Below, in pieces: positions 25,356 through 37,300 of a stretch of DNA of 64,000 bases. The stretch is from Asterias rubens (lineage: Eukaryota). Both the position numbers and the translations under genes were made by a program. The notes beneath the pieces are model-generated. The model had not been told where the DNA came from. It worked only from the letters and a program-made list of their open reading frames with translations, and did no database searches. The stretch is from NCBI RefSeq assembly GCF_902459465.1, contig NC_047062.1:14880001-14944000 (forward strand), given 5' to 3'. Position 1 is the first letter of the stretch. Each line of letters begins with the position of its first letter.

Positions 25356-26238
25356 CTATTAGTGTCAGTATCATCGCTAACATCAGTGTGACAGATCTTA
25401 GCTTGTGGGTGTGTGTGTGTGTGTGGAGACACGCACACAGTGCAGTGAATGATTAATATTTAATTTTTAATTTTTATATAAAACAACAGAGCAAAATGAA
25501 AAAACAGATGTATCAGCTGCTACTCAAATGGGAAACCAGTCAACTCGCCCCCAGCAAAGTCGTCCAGTACAAAGTAACCCCCTAGCAAAGTCGCCCTCTC
25601 ACTTACAAAGTCGCCCCAAACAACTAGTTCCTGACACAGTCGCCCACTAACAAAGTTGCAAGTGTAAATAAAATTAAATGGTTGAGCGACGTAAAGCAAT
25701 TATCACATAAGTCAGGGCGCTTCTGATTGAAGGGGTTGGGTTGACTGGCATTCTTCAACTAATGTCAACATTTGCTACTAAAATATTCGCATTCAGCCAT
25801 GTCAGTTTGCACAAAATAAGTTCACTCTAATCCGCAATTGTTTTGCTACACAAATTTGCTGGACGACATCACTGTTGTTAGATAAGATCACAGACTAGTT
25901 TTGTTTGTTTTACACGGAGCCGTCCATCCCCCAATCTAACCATCCATTGGACCACGGCGACACACAAATAATTGGGTGGTAGGCTGACATTCAGTGTGAC
26001 CGACACTTCCTCATTCACTGCAATTGACTTTGAGAAAAAGACTGACAATGACTTTGTTTGTTTTATTGCCTCAAATTATGCTAAGGTCACTAGCAGTTAC
26101 TATTATATAGTGAATTAATGTGATAACTGTTTTGATACTTCAACTTGCTGCATAAAATAAATAACACTTTCATGTATTAATTTTGTTTCAAGATCTGCAG
26201 ATTTGAGAAGTTGGTTGCCCATCTATTTTGTGATAACA

Positions 26239-27185
26239 ATGTTTGGAAGTGCAGTGGTGTGGCGCTTGTCAAAGTATTTAATTGCTGCTGAAGTAGTCTG
26301 CTTTGGAGGTGCTTACTATGTGTGGCACAAAATGAATATCAACCAAGGTAAATATTAGGATTCCATACTAAGACAACCTGGATAAAACAAGTGTGCCTGA
26401 ACACTATCACTCAAAGCCAGCATATCCAAACCTGCATGGTACTATCACAGTGGGACTCTATGCTCTTAGTATTTTTTTTGGTAATACAGTTTGTTCATTT
26501 CAAAAGACTATGTTTAACATGAATTATGTCTTTTTATAATTTTCTGCAGAATACAGAAGACGCATGCATGAAACCCATCCATACGTGCTGGAACGTGAGT
26601 AATATGTTAAATCGATGTGATATTTTAAGTTTGCCCTGCAGTGCTGTATGATAACATTTTCAGTGCTGTCCATGTTATGGAGGGAAAAGAAAAACACAAA
26701 AATGAGTCACCAGCCACAAGGTCAGCTTCAGGCCTGATACTTCATGGAGGCAACAAAGGTGATTGCCTTCATGCCCTCTTGTTATGTAATCAGTATTGAA
26801 TTTGAATGTTTTTATACACACAGGGAAAACAATTTGGCTTTTACTTGTACACTGTGATAAAATTAATAAATAAATTTAATTCAACTAATTTGAATTTTCA
26901 TTGCCTTGAAATGCTCCAGTAGAAATTTACAATTTCCTCATAGGTTGCCCTTTACCAAGAAGAAAATGTTTTGGTGCACTTGCCCTTTCAAAAACGAATC
27001 ATACAGGCCTGTTAGCTAATGACTTTCTTAGTGATTGACTAAGCTTATTGTATCTGTCTGATCTTCTCACAGTCTTCTATAGGACAGCTGAGATGGGACA
27101 GATAAAGGATGCCAGACCCAATGACTACAGGCAATGGGGAATTTTGACTGACACTGACACAGGATCTGAAACTGGATCGTCGTGA
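26239..27185 (+). CDS. CEBPZOS: CEBPZOS-like 88-aa microprotein, 3 coding exons
   Basis: Exons 26239-26347, 26550-26594 and 27073-27185, all GT-AG with consistent phases. They give MFGSAVVWRLSKYLIAAEVVCFGGAYYVWHKMNINQEYRRRMHETHPYVLELFYRTAEMGQIKDARPNDYRQW..., which aligns from memory with human CEBPZOS ([42 protein letters not shown]). Not in the ORF track. Confidence 0.88.
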
Positions 27186-27689
27186 TGATCTATTACACCA
27201 TAGTTACCTGCGAACAATAACCAAGTAGACTCTGCTTAAGATCTGCTTAAGTGCCTTCTTGCATCTAGCTGGCTCATCAACAGGCTTGAAAAAACATAAA
27301 GGCCACGGAGGCCTCTGTTGCTCCTGATCTCGGCCTTGGTGCCCCCTGCCAAAGTTTCCATAGACTTTAAGATTTTCTAATGGAAGTACCATTTGCCAAA
27401 TGATAATGGCCTTTCCCTCTTAAAAATGGAACTGTTAATGACCTTTTCAGGTTTTGTATAATTATTTGTGCTATTACTCAATAATTACACATGTTAGTGC
27501 ATGACTCAAAAGATTAGTCAGTTCCATAAATCAGCATGTGGGAATGAGATAAAAGTGAGGTTTGTTAGGAATTGCTGACAAGATTCTTGATGAAGTTTAC
27601 CCAGTTGCCTTGGGCTCCCCCCCCCCCCAATTAACCAAACCAATATTCCCAGGTTGTATCGTAATTTGAGTGTGATCCATGGCTACACA

Positions 27690-27858
27690 GCAGTTAACGG
27701 TTGTATGGCTTCTGACTGGCACCCCTGAACAAAGATATTGACAGAATAGGGAGACTGCCAAATAGGGCTTGATAGTTCAGTTGGTAGAGCGTGTGCACGT
27801 TATTCTGGAGGTTGTGGTTCGCGTCCCACTCTAATAACTTTTCTCTGTTCAACCCCAA
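27690..27858 (+). mobile_element. Repeat containing a tRNA-derived segment (related copies ~36822-36920 -, ~36938-37030 +, ~41520-41745 +)
   Basis: A-box TAGTTCAGTTGG and B-box-like GGTTCGCGTCC followed by a shared tail TTTTCTNTGTTCAACCCC; no complete cloverleaf. Confidence 0.7.
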
Positions 27859-28100
27859 ACCATTTACAATTTACCAAATCTGTTTCCCTAGTGGTTTACA
27901 ATTTTTGGTTTCTTTTAATGTATTTTTAACAGTTTTATTGAGACAAACTTAGACAAATGATTATTTGTTTTTAATTGGGTCTAATGCAATTTTTCAGATT
28001 GAGGATTTGAATATGATAATAATAAGATTTTAATAAACCTATCGAAATAACTATTGTTTTAATGTAATTTGACCTTTCCTTTTCTTGGTTTGCCTTTTAA

Positions 28101-28439
28101 AGGCAGTGAACACTAATGGTTAACTACTCAATTTTTTTTTATTAGTATACAACCTTATTTTGTTACAAGTAATGGGGAGAGATTGGTAGTATAAAACATT
28201 GTGAGAAACGGCTCCCTCTGAAGTGGAATAGTTTTCGGGAGAAAGAAGTATTTTTCCACGAATTTGATTTTGAGACCTCAGATTTTGAATTTGAGGTCTC
28301 GAAATCAAGCATCTGAGAGCACACAACTTCGTGTGACAAGGGTGTGTTTACTTTCATTATTTTGTTATTTTATGCAAATGTTGAGATACAGCATGTGAGA
28401 GGACTGGTCTTTGACATTTACCAATAGTGTCCAATGTCT
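28101..28439. mobile_element. Kolobok-type MITE family A
   Basis: TTAA|AGGCAGTG...ATGTCT|TTAA, i.e. AG..CT termini with a TTAA TSD. Further full or partial copies lie near 1-290, 15360-15742, 19250-19435, 31323-31710, 37850-38180, 38530-38738, 39820-40208, 52400-52747, 53225-53518 and 60115-60460. Confidence 0.8.
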
Positions 28440-29152
28440 TTAAGTAAAAAAAAAAAAAAAAAAATACGTTTGCATAATCCATAAACAAGTGTACAAGGAT
28501 ACTTAATTTTTGTGATTAGAATATTTATGACAATGTTTAACCAGCTCCAGACGCATGACAAAGATGTAGTAGAAGCTTTGCACGGAGTTTCTTCATCACA
28601 TCAGACGATATGGTGGTTTGCAAAAGATCAATGATACAACAAAATATTGGAGTGGATTTAACCTTATGGGCCACTTATATTAAGTCTGTCAAGCTCCGAA
28701 TCTGACCGACCATACACTGCAAAACAGTTAAGCCACAAGGCTCAAAATACTACGTCACAATTCTTCATACAATTTTTTAATGGGAGACATTTGGGGACAA
28801 TAGGTGGCAGCAGGTAAATCCATCGTTCTCGGTATTGTGCGCCTGCTCAGAACTACGTAAACGATGGAAACTTACCTGGTTAATCTGCCGCCACCTAGCG
28901 TTCACAAGTTTTCCATTGGCCTCATCTAATTTTCCTTAGCATGGATTTGTTTAGGCAGAACTGTAATCATCTGTATATTTTCAGGGGAGGGCTAAAGCAC
29001 ACTAGTCGAACCCCCTAGAGAACTAATATTTACATGATGTACTCGAAAATACTCGATGTACGTTGTATACTTGAGTAAATTTTTGCCAAGTTAAATGTTA
29101 AGAATCTGCAAACACAACATACTCTACAATGTAATCAAATTAAAAATGGTAA

Positions 29153-32100
29153 TTAATTAAACACATGCAGTGCAATCATCAAAAGTGCGCCAAAAATAGT
29201 TTTCGTTGCGGAAGACGAGCCTTCATTTGTGCCGCTCGTACCTGGAGATGTAGACATGCTGAACGTGACGTCATCCTTCGAATAATCCAGTATGCCCACT
29301 ACTGGGTAATGGTCAGACAGGTCCGTCACCCTTTTGGTCACTCCACAGTCTTTCGAATGAGGATACTGGAAGAATTTTAAGAAGCGCCATTTTCTGCACA
29401 CCGTGAAGGCGTCGTCACTCCGGGGGCGAATGATCTCGAGAGTTGCCTTGGAGGGCTGCTCGTGTGCGTTGCTGGTAAGGACATAGTCCAAGAACTGGCT
29501 TTGGCTGTCTATGATGGGGTCGAGGTTGTCATTGTCTTCTTTATCGTAGGTGACTGTAATCGGTCCTATACGTTCTAGCATAGACGAGTTCAGAGCAGCG
29601 ATAATTGCTAAGGCGTTTTCTTGTTTACCAATCAAGTCCCCGTTCAGATCGCCTGCATAGAGCACCGGTTCATCAGCAGGGATCTTCATTTGCTCCATAA
29701 AGTTATGCATCTCTTGAGCTTGAAGAACTCGAACTCCTGGGGAGTCCGGTTTCTCGGTTGCCTGCATGTGGGTGCCAAAGATGTTAAAAGTTTTGCTCGA
29801 TCCATCGACAGTTTTTTGAATGCGGGCATACATCACGCCTTTGGCAGCCAGGGCATCAGAAGTGGTCTTGTCAAAGTTTTCATAGACCATTTGCTCTTCC
29901 TTGATGATGGGCCATCGTGAGGTGATGAAGACACCGCCGTTATCCGCCGTGGTGTTACGCTTTGCGAGTACAGCTGCTCGTGACGAGGGTAGGAGCGCCT
30001 CGGTGTCCCCAACGGTCCGTGTGTAGTGGACAAACCCGTAGTCTGTGAGGATATCACGAACAGTCAGGGAGTTGTTGACGTTCACGATACAGCCACCCAT
30101 AAACATCTCTTCGAAGACGATCACGTCCACATCAGGTTGTTGTTTGAAGAGTTCATGGGGGATGCGGCAGGTTCGCTCTCTCTGCCCGATCTGCGAGACT
30201 AGATATTTCAGCTCCCAAACGTTGTAGGCGATCACTTTTAGGGTGGTGGCCGGCAGGGGTGCTGCTAGGGGCGTGGTGGGTGGGTAAAGGCACATCACTT
30301 TGGTTCCTCCAAAGCACGCGTTGGTGTCGTCTGTTATGTTGTTTGTGCACATGTAATCCAAACCGAAATGGTCGCAGTAGGTTGAGTTGGCTTGACAATC
30401 AGGAGCATTGTCTGAAAATTTAACAATTTGTTGGGGGTTAAATTTAAAATGTCACACGCTTTTTTTACCTTCATTAATTGTCAAAATTTATATGTACCAC
30501 ATACTTTTCTCAAATTAAACGTCGCTCTTTAATACCACACCTAAAATATGTCAAAACAAAACTTACCAATCCATACAGATGGTCTTTCAGTTTCAGGGCA
30601 CTCCTCAAAATCTGATAAAGACAAACATACATGTTTTTTATGTTTTGGGGGATAAAAGTAGCTAAAGCGAAGGTACACGTTTGGTATCCACTCTTTAAGT
30701 TTTAATGACAATTAAATCGGACTTGGTTGGCAGTAAAGCAGCTTTCGGTAGTAGACCTGGGTTCGATTTCACAAAGAGTTAGGACTAGTCCTAACTTAGG
30801 AATAGTCCTAGGAGATATACAAATTGCATGTGATAGTCCTAAGTTAGGACGAGTAACTATTCCTAACTCGTGATAAGACTAGTCCTAACTCTTTGTGAAA
30901 TCCACCCCTGGCCTATAGAGCATTTTCAGAATCTTTTCACTAATAAGTCAATGTGATTATGGACAAATTTATCTATTTATTTATCCCCAAAATTAGCTGA
31001 GGAACTTTTCTGGCTGTTAGATACGTTTCTCAGATTGTGTATTCCAATCACGGATTATTCTTCCTAGCTTGACATAATATACTTCACCAGATTTCCTGCG
31101 AATTTATTTTCTAAAACGTGACCACCTTTTGAACTGATATTTTCACTTAGTTTGAGCATTTCTAGCTGGAATAGTTAAAACAGTTGGATTGATCCAAAAA
31201 CCAAAGCCATTTTTTAATCGGATACTGCGTCAGCTTGAACTATTATGTTGTAATTTTGACACTGATTCAGGTCCCTTCTGAAGTCACGGTCTGACCCGGA
31301 AGTTTAAAGTGCAGGTGCTTAAGACACTGGACACTATTGGTAATTGTTAAAGACCAGTCTTCTCACTTGGTGTTTCGCAACATTAGGGCCTGTGCATAAA
31401 ACAAACCTGTGTAAATTTGAGCTCAATTGGTCGTCGAAGTTGCGAGATAACTATGAAAGAAAAAACACCCTTGTCACACGAAGGTGTGTGCTTTCAGGTG
31501 CTTGATTTCGAGACCTCAAAATCTAATTCTGAGGTCTCGAAGTCAAATTCGTGGAAAATTACTTCTTTCTCAAAAACTACGTCCCTTCAGAGGAAGCCGT
31601 TTCTCCTAATGGTTTAAACTATCAACCTCTCCTCATTACTCGTTATACACCAAGTAAGGTTTTATGCTAAAAATTATTTTGAGTAGTTACCAATAGTGTC
31701 CACTGCCTTTAGGCCTATAGTTTTAGAGACCTACTTTTCGAAAAAAAATATAGTATAATTGCTAATGAAATTGTTGTTCCATGTTGTAAATGAAAGGTGG
31801 GAGGGACTCATCTTGGAGTGGGAATAGCGACGTATGGCTGGATGGTTTGTAAAAAAAGTCATTTAATACTCATACGCTTGCTTTGTTGTAAAGAAAAATC
31901 AAAGCAAAGAATTCACAGGTTGAGTTCGGGTGAATAATAAATGATCAAGGCGCCAAAAGGAAGTCATGATAATGAAGACAACAAAACCGAAGGAACTATA
32001 TAATTAGAAGCAACCCCATCAGATGAGTTTTTAGCTGCTGCTTAAAGGCAGTGGACACTATCGGTAATTACTCAAAATATTTATTAGCATAAAACCTTTC

Positions 32101-32730
32101 TTGGTGGCGAGTAATGGGGAGAGGTTGATGGTATAAAACATTGTGAGAAACGGCTTCCTCTGAAGTGCCATAGTTTTCGAGAAAGAAGTAATTTTCCACG
32201 AATTTGATTTCGAGACCTCAGATTTAGAAATTGAGGTCTCGAAATCAACCATCTAAACGCACACAACTTTGTGTGACAAGGGTGTTTTCTTCTTTCATTA
32301 TTATCTCACAATTTTGATGACCGATTGAGCTCAAATTTTCACAGGTTAGTTATTTTATGCACATGTTGAGATACATCAACTGTGAAGACTAGTCTTTGAC
32401 AATTACCAATAGTGTCCACTGCCTTTAAATGTTGATATGCTGGTGCATGACCTAATGGATGGTGGTAAAGAGTTCTAGAGACGAGTGTGAATGTAAACCC
32501 ATCGTCACTAAAGTCACGACAACCACTATAGTCACGCACATGAATGTTCCAACTAAGTTACAAAGTTCAACGCTGATAATTTAGCAAACATATTAATATC
32601 ACTCTCGTCCTTCAATAACTGAAAGGTCAAACAAAATTGCTTCGAACAAGCTATACTTCTCACCATCTTGAGCCAGGCCAGAAAAGATCCACATGAGCAT
32701 CAACAACACATAGCTCAATGCCTTCATCAT
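29153..32730 (-). CDS. Bacterial-type sphingomyelinase C-like EEP-family enzyme; signal peptide and GPI-anchor-like C-terminus; 456 aa, 3 exons
   Basis: Exons 32664-32730 (signal peptide MMKALSYVLLMLMWIFSGLAQ), 30567-30611 and 29153-30411, phase 1/1. Motifs AYNVWEL, VFEE, NGGVFITSRWPI, AAKGVMYARI, GTHMQA, AGDLN, LDYVL and SDHYPV are typical of SMase C. A Ser/Thr/Gly spacer is followed by the hydrophobic tail TIFGALLMIALHVFN. Confidence 0.9.
30760..30908. mobile_element. Small palindromic MITE with TAGGACTAGTCCTA repeats
   Basis: GATTTCACAAAGAGTTAGGACTAGT...ACTAGTCCTAACTCTTTGTGAAATC inverted ends. Confidence 0.7.
32046..32424. mobile_element. Kolobok-type MITE family A, in SMase intron 1
   Basis: TTAA|AGGCAGTGGACACTA...TAGTGTCCACTGCCT|TTAA. 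Confidence 0.85.
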
Positions 32731-34381
32731 TGTGTGAATGCGGCTAGTAGCAAAAGGGGTGTAAATTGTTATTTCGACCACTGTTCTTCTTTCAACCAAA
32801 GCTATCAATGAAGTGTACCGTAATATCATGCGACTTTAAAATGATATCAACCGGACAAGATAAGAGCTTTGAAATACATAACTTATTAAAGTGATTATAG
32901 TCAGATTTTTATCTCATTCCTTTGATTGGTCACGACATGGTTGATCTTTGTTGTTTGGAGGGTAAGTAAATAATCAGTTGTATGGCATTTAAGTCAAAGA
33001 GTGTTTTGTTATTGATAGTGTCGAGTGGCCAGGTATAAAGGACTCGATTGATAATATCAAACCGATGACTATAAAATTTCATAAAAGTAATAATTACCAG
33101 GTGTTGTCCAGGTTACTTGGATACTTGGGCAATATACCAGTATTCAATCAGGAAAAACCTTAATTACCGTTAAGCAAAGAGAATGGGAAGGAGTCCTAAC
33201 GAATGAGGTGTGCACCTCAGATGTTCTGTGACTTACAAGAAACAGTTAACTATTCTCACTTGCTGTATCGAAACATAATTATGCATAACCTAACAAAATC
33301 TGTGAAAATTTTGACTCAACTGGTCATCGAAGTTGCAAGAGAATTATAATGAAAGAAAAAACATGTGCTTTCAGATGCCTAAAAAGGCTTCACCTTTTGT
33401 TAAATTCAAACAATTATTATATTAATTAAGAGATTACCGCTTTTTCTAAAACTACGTTACTTCAGAATTAAGGGGCCGTTAATGCTATAAATTACAGCTC
33501 TCCGTTGCTCGTAACCAAGTACGGTTATGATAACAATTATTTTGAGTAGTTAACAAAATTGCCCTAGTGTCGCGTCACTTTTTACTCAGTAATTGTTTTA
33601 TTAGTTGGAATTTTTTGTATTTCATGGTGTGCAATGTTCTCCCATCTGATTTGACCTAATGCATTGAATCGAATTCCTCAATTATGGCCAAGTTTCTCAA
33701 TTTGTGTCACCAAATAAACACTGGACTTCATACAAGTAACAATTAATAAGGCAATTGGGTAAGGTGTGTGAATGACATTTCCAAATCATATTTTTTTAAC
33801 AGGTTGGGTGTAATCACAATTTATCACAAAGTGTGGGTTCTGTGCTTCAACTTTTGAGGAGACATGATATAATTTGGTTTAAGGCTTTGTCCTGCCGGTA
33901 TTGGCTTCGGGATTAAACAGATACTTAAAAACTGGTAGCAAGTCGATTTGGAAAGAGCAATTATTTGATATTCTTTATCCCCGATGCAAATATAACATAA
34001 TAGCAATTATTTGGGCGTGCCACCGAGTTTCTTGGGGGTGGTTATATATAATTAGCTAACTGAATAGCAACAATTTTTCTATACGGCTGATCTGCCAAAT
34101 TTTGAACAGAATTTGACAAAATTAACTACAATTCTTGGCTCGGCATTGTTACAAAACAGATCGACTCCTGCAAACTTAAGTTTTGTTTAACCTCAGGGAA
34201 TTATTATCGCAAGCCTATCCACTGTGTAAAAAATAATAACTAATGCTTGGGCGAGACGGCGCCCTCTATATGTAATGTTCGGTTAGGCAAAATCTCCTGT
34301 AAACATGGCGGCCTCCATGAACAGAAACATGTTGTAACAATCAGAACACGTTATTGGAATATCGGTGATTTACTCGTAAAA

Positions 34382-37300
34382 ATGCTGCAAAAATCCAACA
34401 TACTCCTTATCCGGGATGCGATAAGAGTTTTTTCAGCTCAGGTGCACTTGGTGAGTACACTTTGATTGAAACCATTCAAAAATCTATTCCCAACATCAAC
34501 AACGAACTTGTCCTTCTTACTTAGTTATATATGGACACTCAACTATGCTGTGTGCTTTTACTTCGCATCCTTAATAAAGTGTGCGAGTGGTGTTGATGGT
34601 GAAACTAGGGTTAAAAGACTGAAACAAGAAGTGAAATGTTCATAATTTATAATTTTAGTTATAAATTCACAATTAATAACACTAAAAAAGTAACTAAATT
34701 AAAGTTTGGATAACATTCCGTATGGCGCCACCACTTTTTCACTAATTTTTACAAAAAAGGATATCTCATTGAGGTAAATTAGATACTATATTATTTCATA
34801 TCGAATGAAAAAGTGGTGGCGCCATACGGAAACTTTTCCTAAAGTTTATATAAACCTCCTCTTGCCCAGCCAGGTTGGACTCCTCCCCCGGTAAATTGCA
34901 TACAAAAAGAAATACAAATGTGATGTGCAAGTCGCACTGATGTTTAGAGAAGTAAGTACAGCACCCTGCCCTGTAACACATGGTGGTAATATAAAAGGAT
35001 CCGATTTATAGGTCTCATAAATCATATTCATAAATAGTATAGTTGCAATAATAATAATGTAACCCTCCTGCTTCGCCGTCGGCAGGAGGATTACGTTATC
35101 GCAACTAATTCATAAAGCACCCTGTTTTATATTAAAGCACCCTGGACAGTTGAGACTGATGGTTGATCACAAATTCAAAACTATAAATATATGAGGTTAT
35201 GCTGACATTGTCAGGTTCTCCCCTAATCCCTATTGAAAAGAAATAACTTGAAGTACCTGTGTAACAAACAAGTAAAACAACTGTTGTCTTCCTTTGTTGA
35301 CATCCAGAGTTCCGTGACTCAAAGACCAAACATAATCCAGGTCCCCAAGGGAATCATCACCAAACTAGAGACCATCAAGAAATCCAGGGGCGCCATCAAG
35401 TGGCGAGGACGAGTCTTCAATGCTCGTCCAGGGAAAGAATTAATCTTCGCCAAGAGGAAGGAGTTTAACTACTATCAGAATCAAACTTATGATAAATTTA
35501 TACCCCCAAAGCTCGCTAGCGATGGTTGGAAACACAAAGGGTCGTGTGGGGATCATTTTACTATCCTTGCCTACAGAGGGGTAAGTTAACTTTTGGTGAG
35601 ACGCTGTATATCTAAGTACATGAACTGCTCTTTATTTTATTTATTTTTTATTCAAGAACACAGGTTTGCTTTAAAGGGTTTGGGAACGTTTTGTCAGACA
35701 CAAAACACAAATTCCATAGATTTACATTAAACTTACATTGTTTAAAGATAATGATGATAGAAAGCTTAAAATATTACTTGCTGAGGTGCTGTTTTTTTTT
35801 TTTTAAATGAATTTAAAAACAATTTCTGGAAAATAATTTAAGCATGTTAAACGTACATGTATTTCCCAGTTTTGGTATTTAATACCAACAAGCGTGTGTG
35901 TTATTATTCTCTTACAAATTTGATGACCAATTGAGTCAAACATTTTTACAGAGTTGTTGTTTTATGCATATAATGTTGGGATTCGCTAAGAAACAAATAC
36001 TGGTCTTTGACAATTACCAAAGGTGTGAGCGTAAGTTTTTCCCTTTTTCGTCCATTTTAATTGCTGGTAAACTTGTTAACATCTTGATTGATACAGAATC
36101 CATCAGTGCAGGACAGTGAGGATGGCTCCAGTAAACCAGTTGATTTTGAGAGTCTGACGCTAAATAAGACCCTATTAGAAACGCTTCAGTCGATGGAGGT
36201 TTCATCACCGACAAGAATTCAAGTAAGAAGCTGTTTCCCTTTGTCTATTTCTCCTCAGCAATCCTTGGTTTTGTGTGATTCTGTGCTTCTGGGAAAAAAT
36301 AGTTCTGCAAATGCCTAGAGATTAAACCGAAAGTTACAATCAACTTTCATCATATTTTAGCCTTTGAGGTAGACTCTACTAGGGTCAAAACGTCAGGCCA
36401 TTTTAATGCTTTTTGGCATTTACAATAACCATGGGTCCTTTTGGTAGATAAGCAGTTTGCAACAGCTAATTCTATTTACTCATATAAAATGCGTATTTTT
36501 TTCTGTGATGCAATGTTCCATTCCCTTGACTTTACAGGCTGCTGCCATTCCATCTATTCTACAAGGGAGAAATGTTTTATGTGCAGCTGAAACAGGTAGC
36601 GGCAAAACCATGACATATTTATTACCCATCATACATCTGTTGCTGTTGGATACATCGAAAAATGGTACAGTTGCAAAAGCCGGGCGACCGAGATGTTTGG
36701 TACTGGTGCCAGCGTGGGAACTTGCCGAACAAACCAAGGTTCGTGTATGATTCTGTGAACCAGCTGAGAATAACTTTAAACCATTTGAAAAATTGATCGT
36801 CTTTCTGTTTTCTTTTTGATGTAGGGTTGAGCAAAGAATTTTTTTTACGAGAGTGGGACTCGAACCAATGACCTCTGGATGAATGTTCCAGCACTCTTCC
36901 AACTGGGCTATCTAGCTGGTTGGTGGTGTCCCTAAAGAAAGCTCAGTTGGTAGAGTGCCAGCATATTAATCCAGAGGTCTTTGGTTCGAGTCCCACTCTA
37001 GTAGATTTTTCTTTGTTCAACCTCAAATTCTTTGGAATTAACCCAGTCATATTTCCTTGTAGTTTATAATATTTGATATCTGTATTCTTTTTACTATGAA
37101 TTCAAGAGATATGAACAGTGTTTGAAAGGGGAGGTTGTGTGAGATTTCATTAAGGGAGCAGGGACAAAAAAAGTTAAGGTATGTGGATGAAAGAAAAGAA
37201 AAAAGAAAAAAAAGTCCGTCTTGTCATCAATCACAGGTTTTTGCCAAGATGTTGTTGGCAAAAGTTAAGATATGTGTATGAAAAAAAACTAACAACGAAG

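Noticed and set aside
27763-27858. Possible tRNA gene (also 36938-37030, 37524-37600 and 41640-41745)
   Set aside because: A/B boxes are present but there is no intact cloverleaf, and the copies share non-tRNA flanks, so they are SINE-like repeats.
36358-36405. Hammerhead/Penelope-like motif CTTTGAGGTAGACTC..GGTCAAAACGTCAGG
   Set aside because: It lacks the CUGANGA and GAAA catalytic cores.
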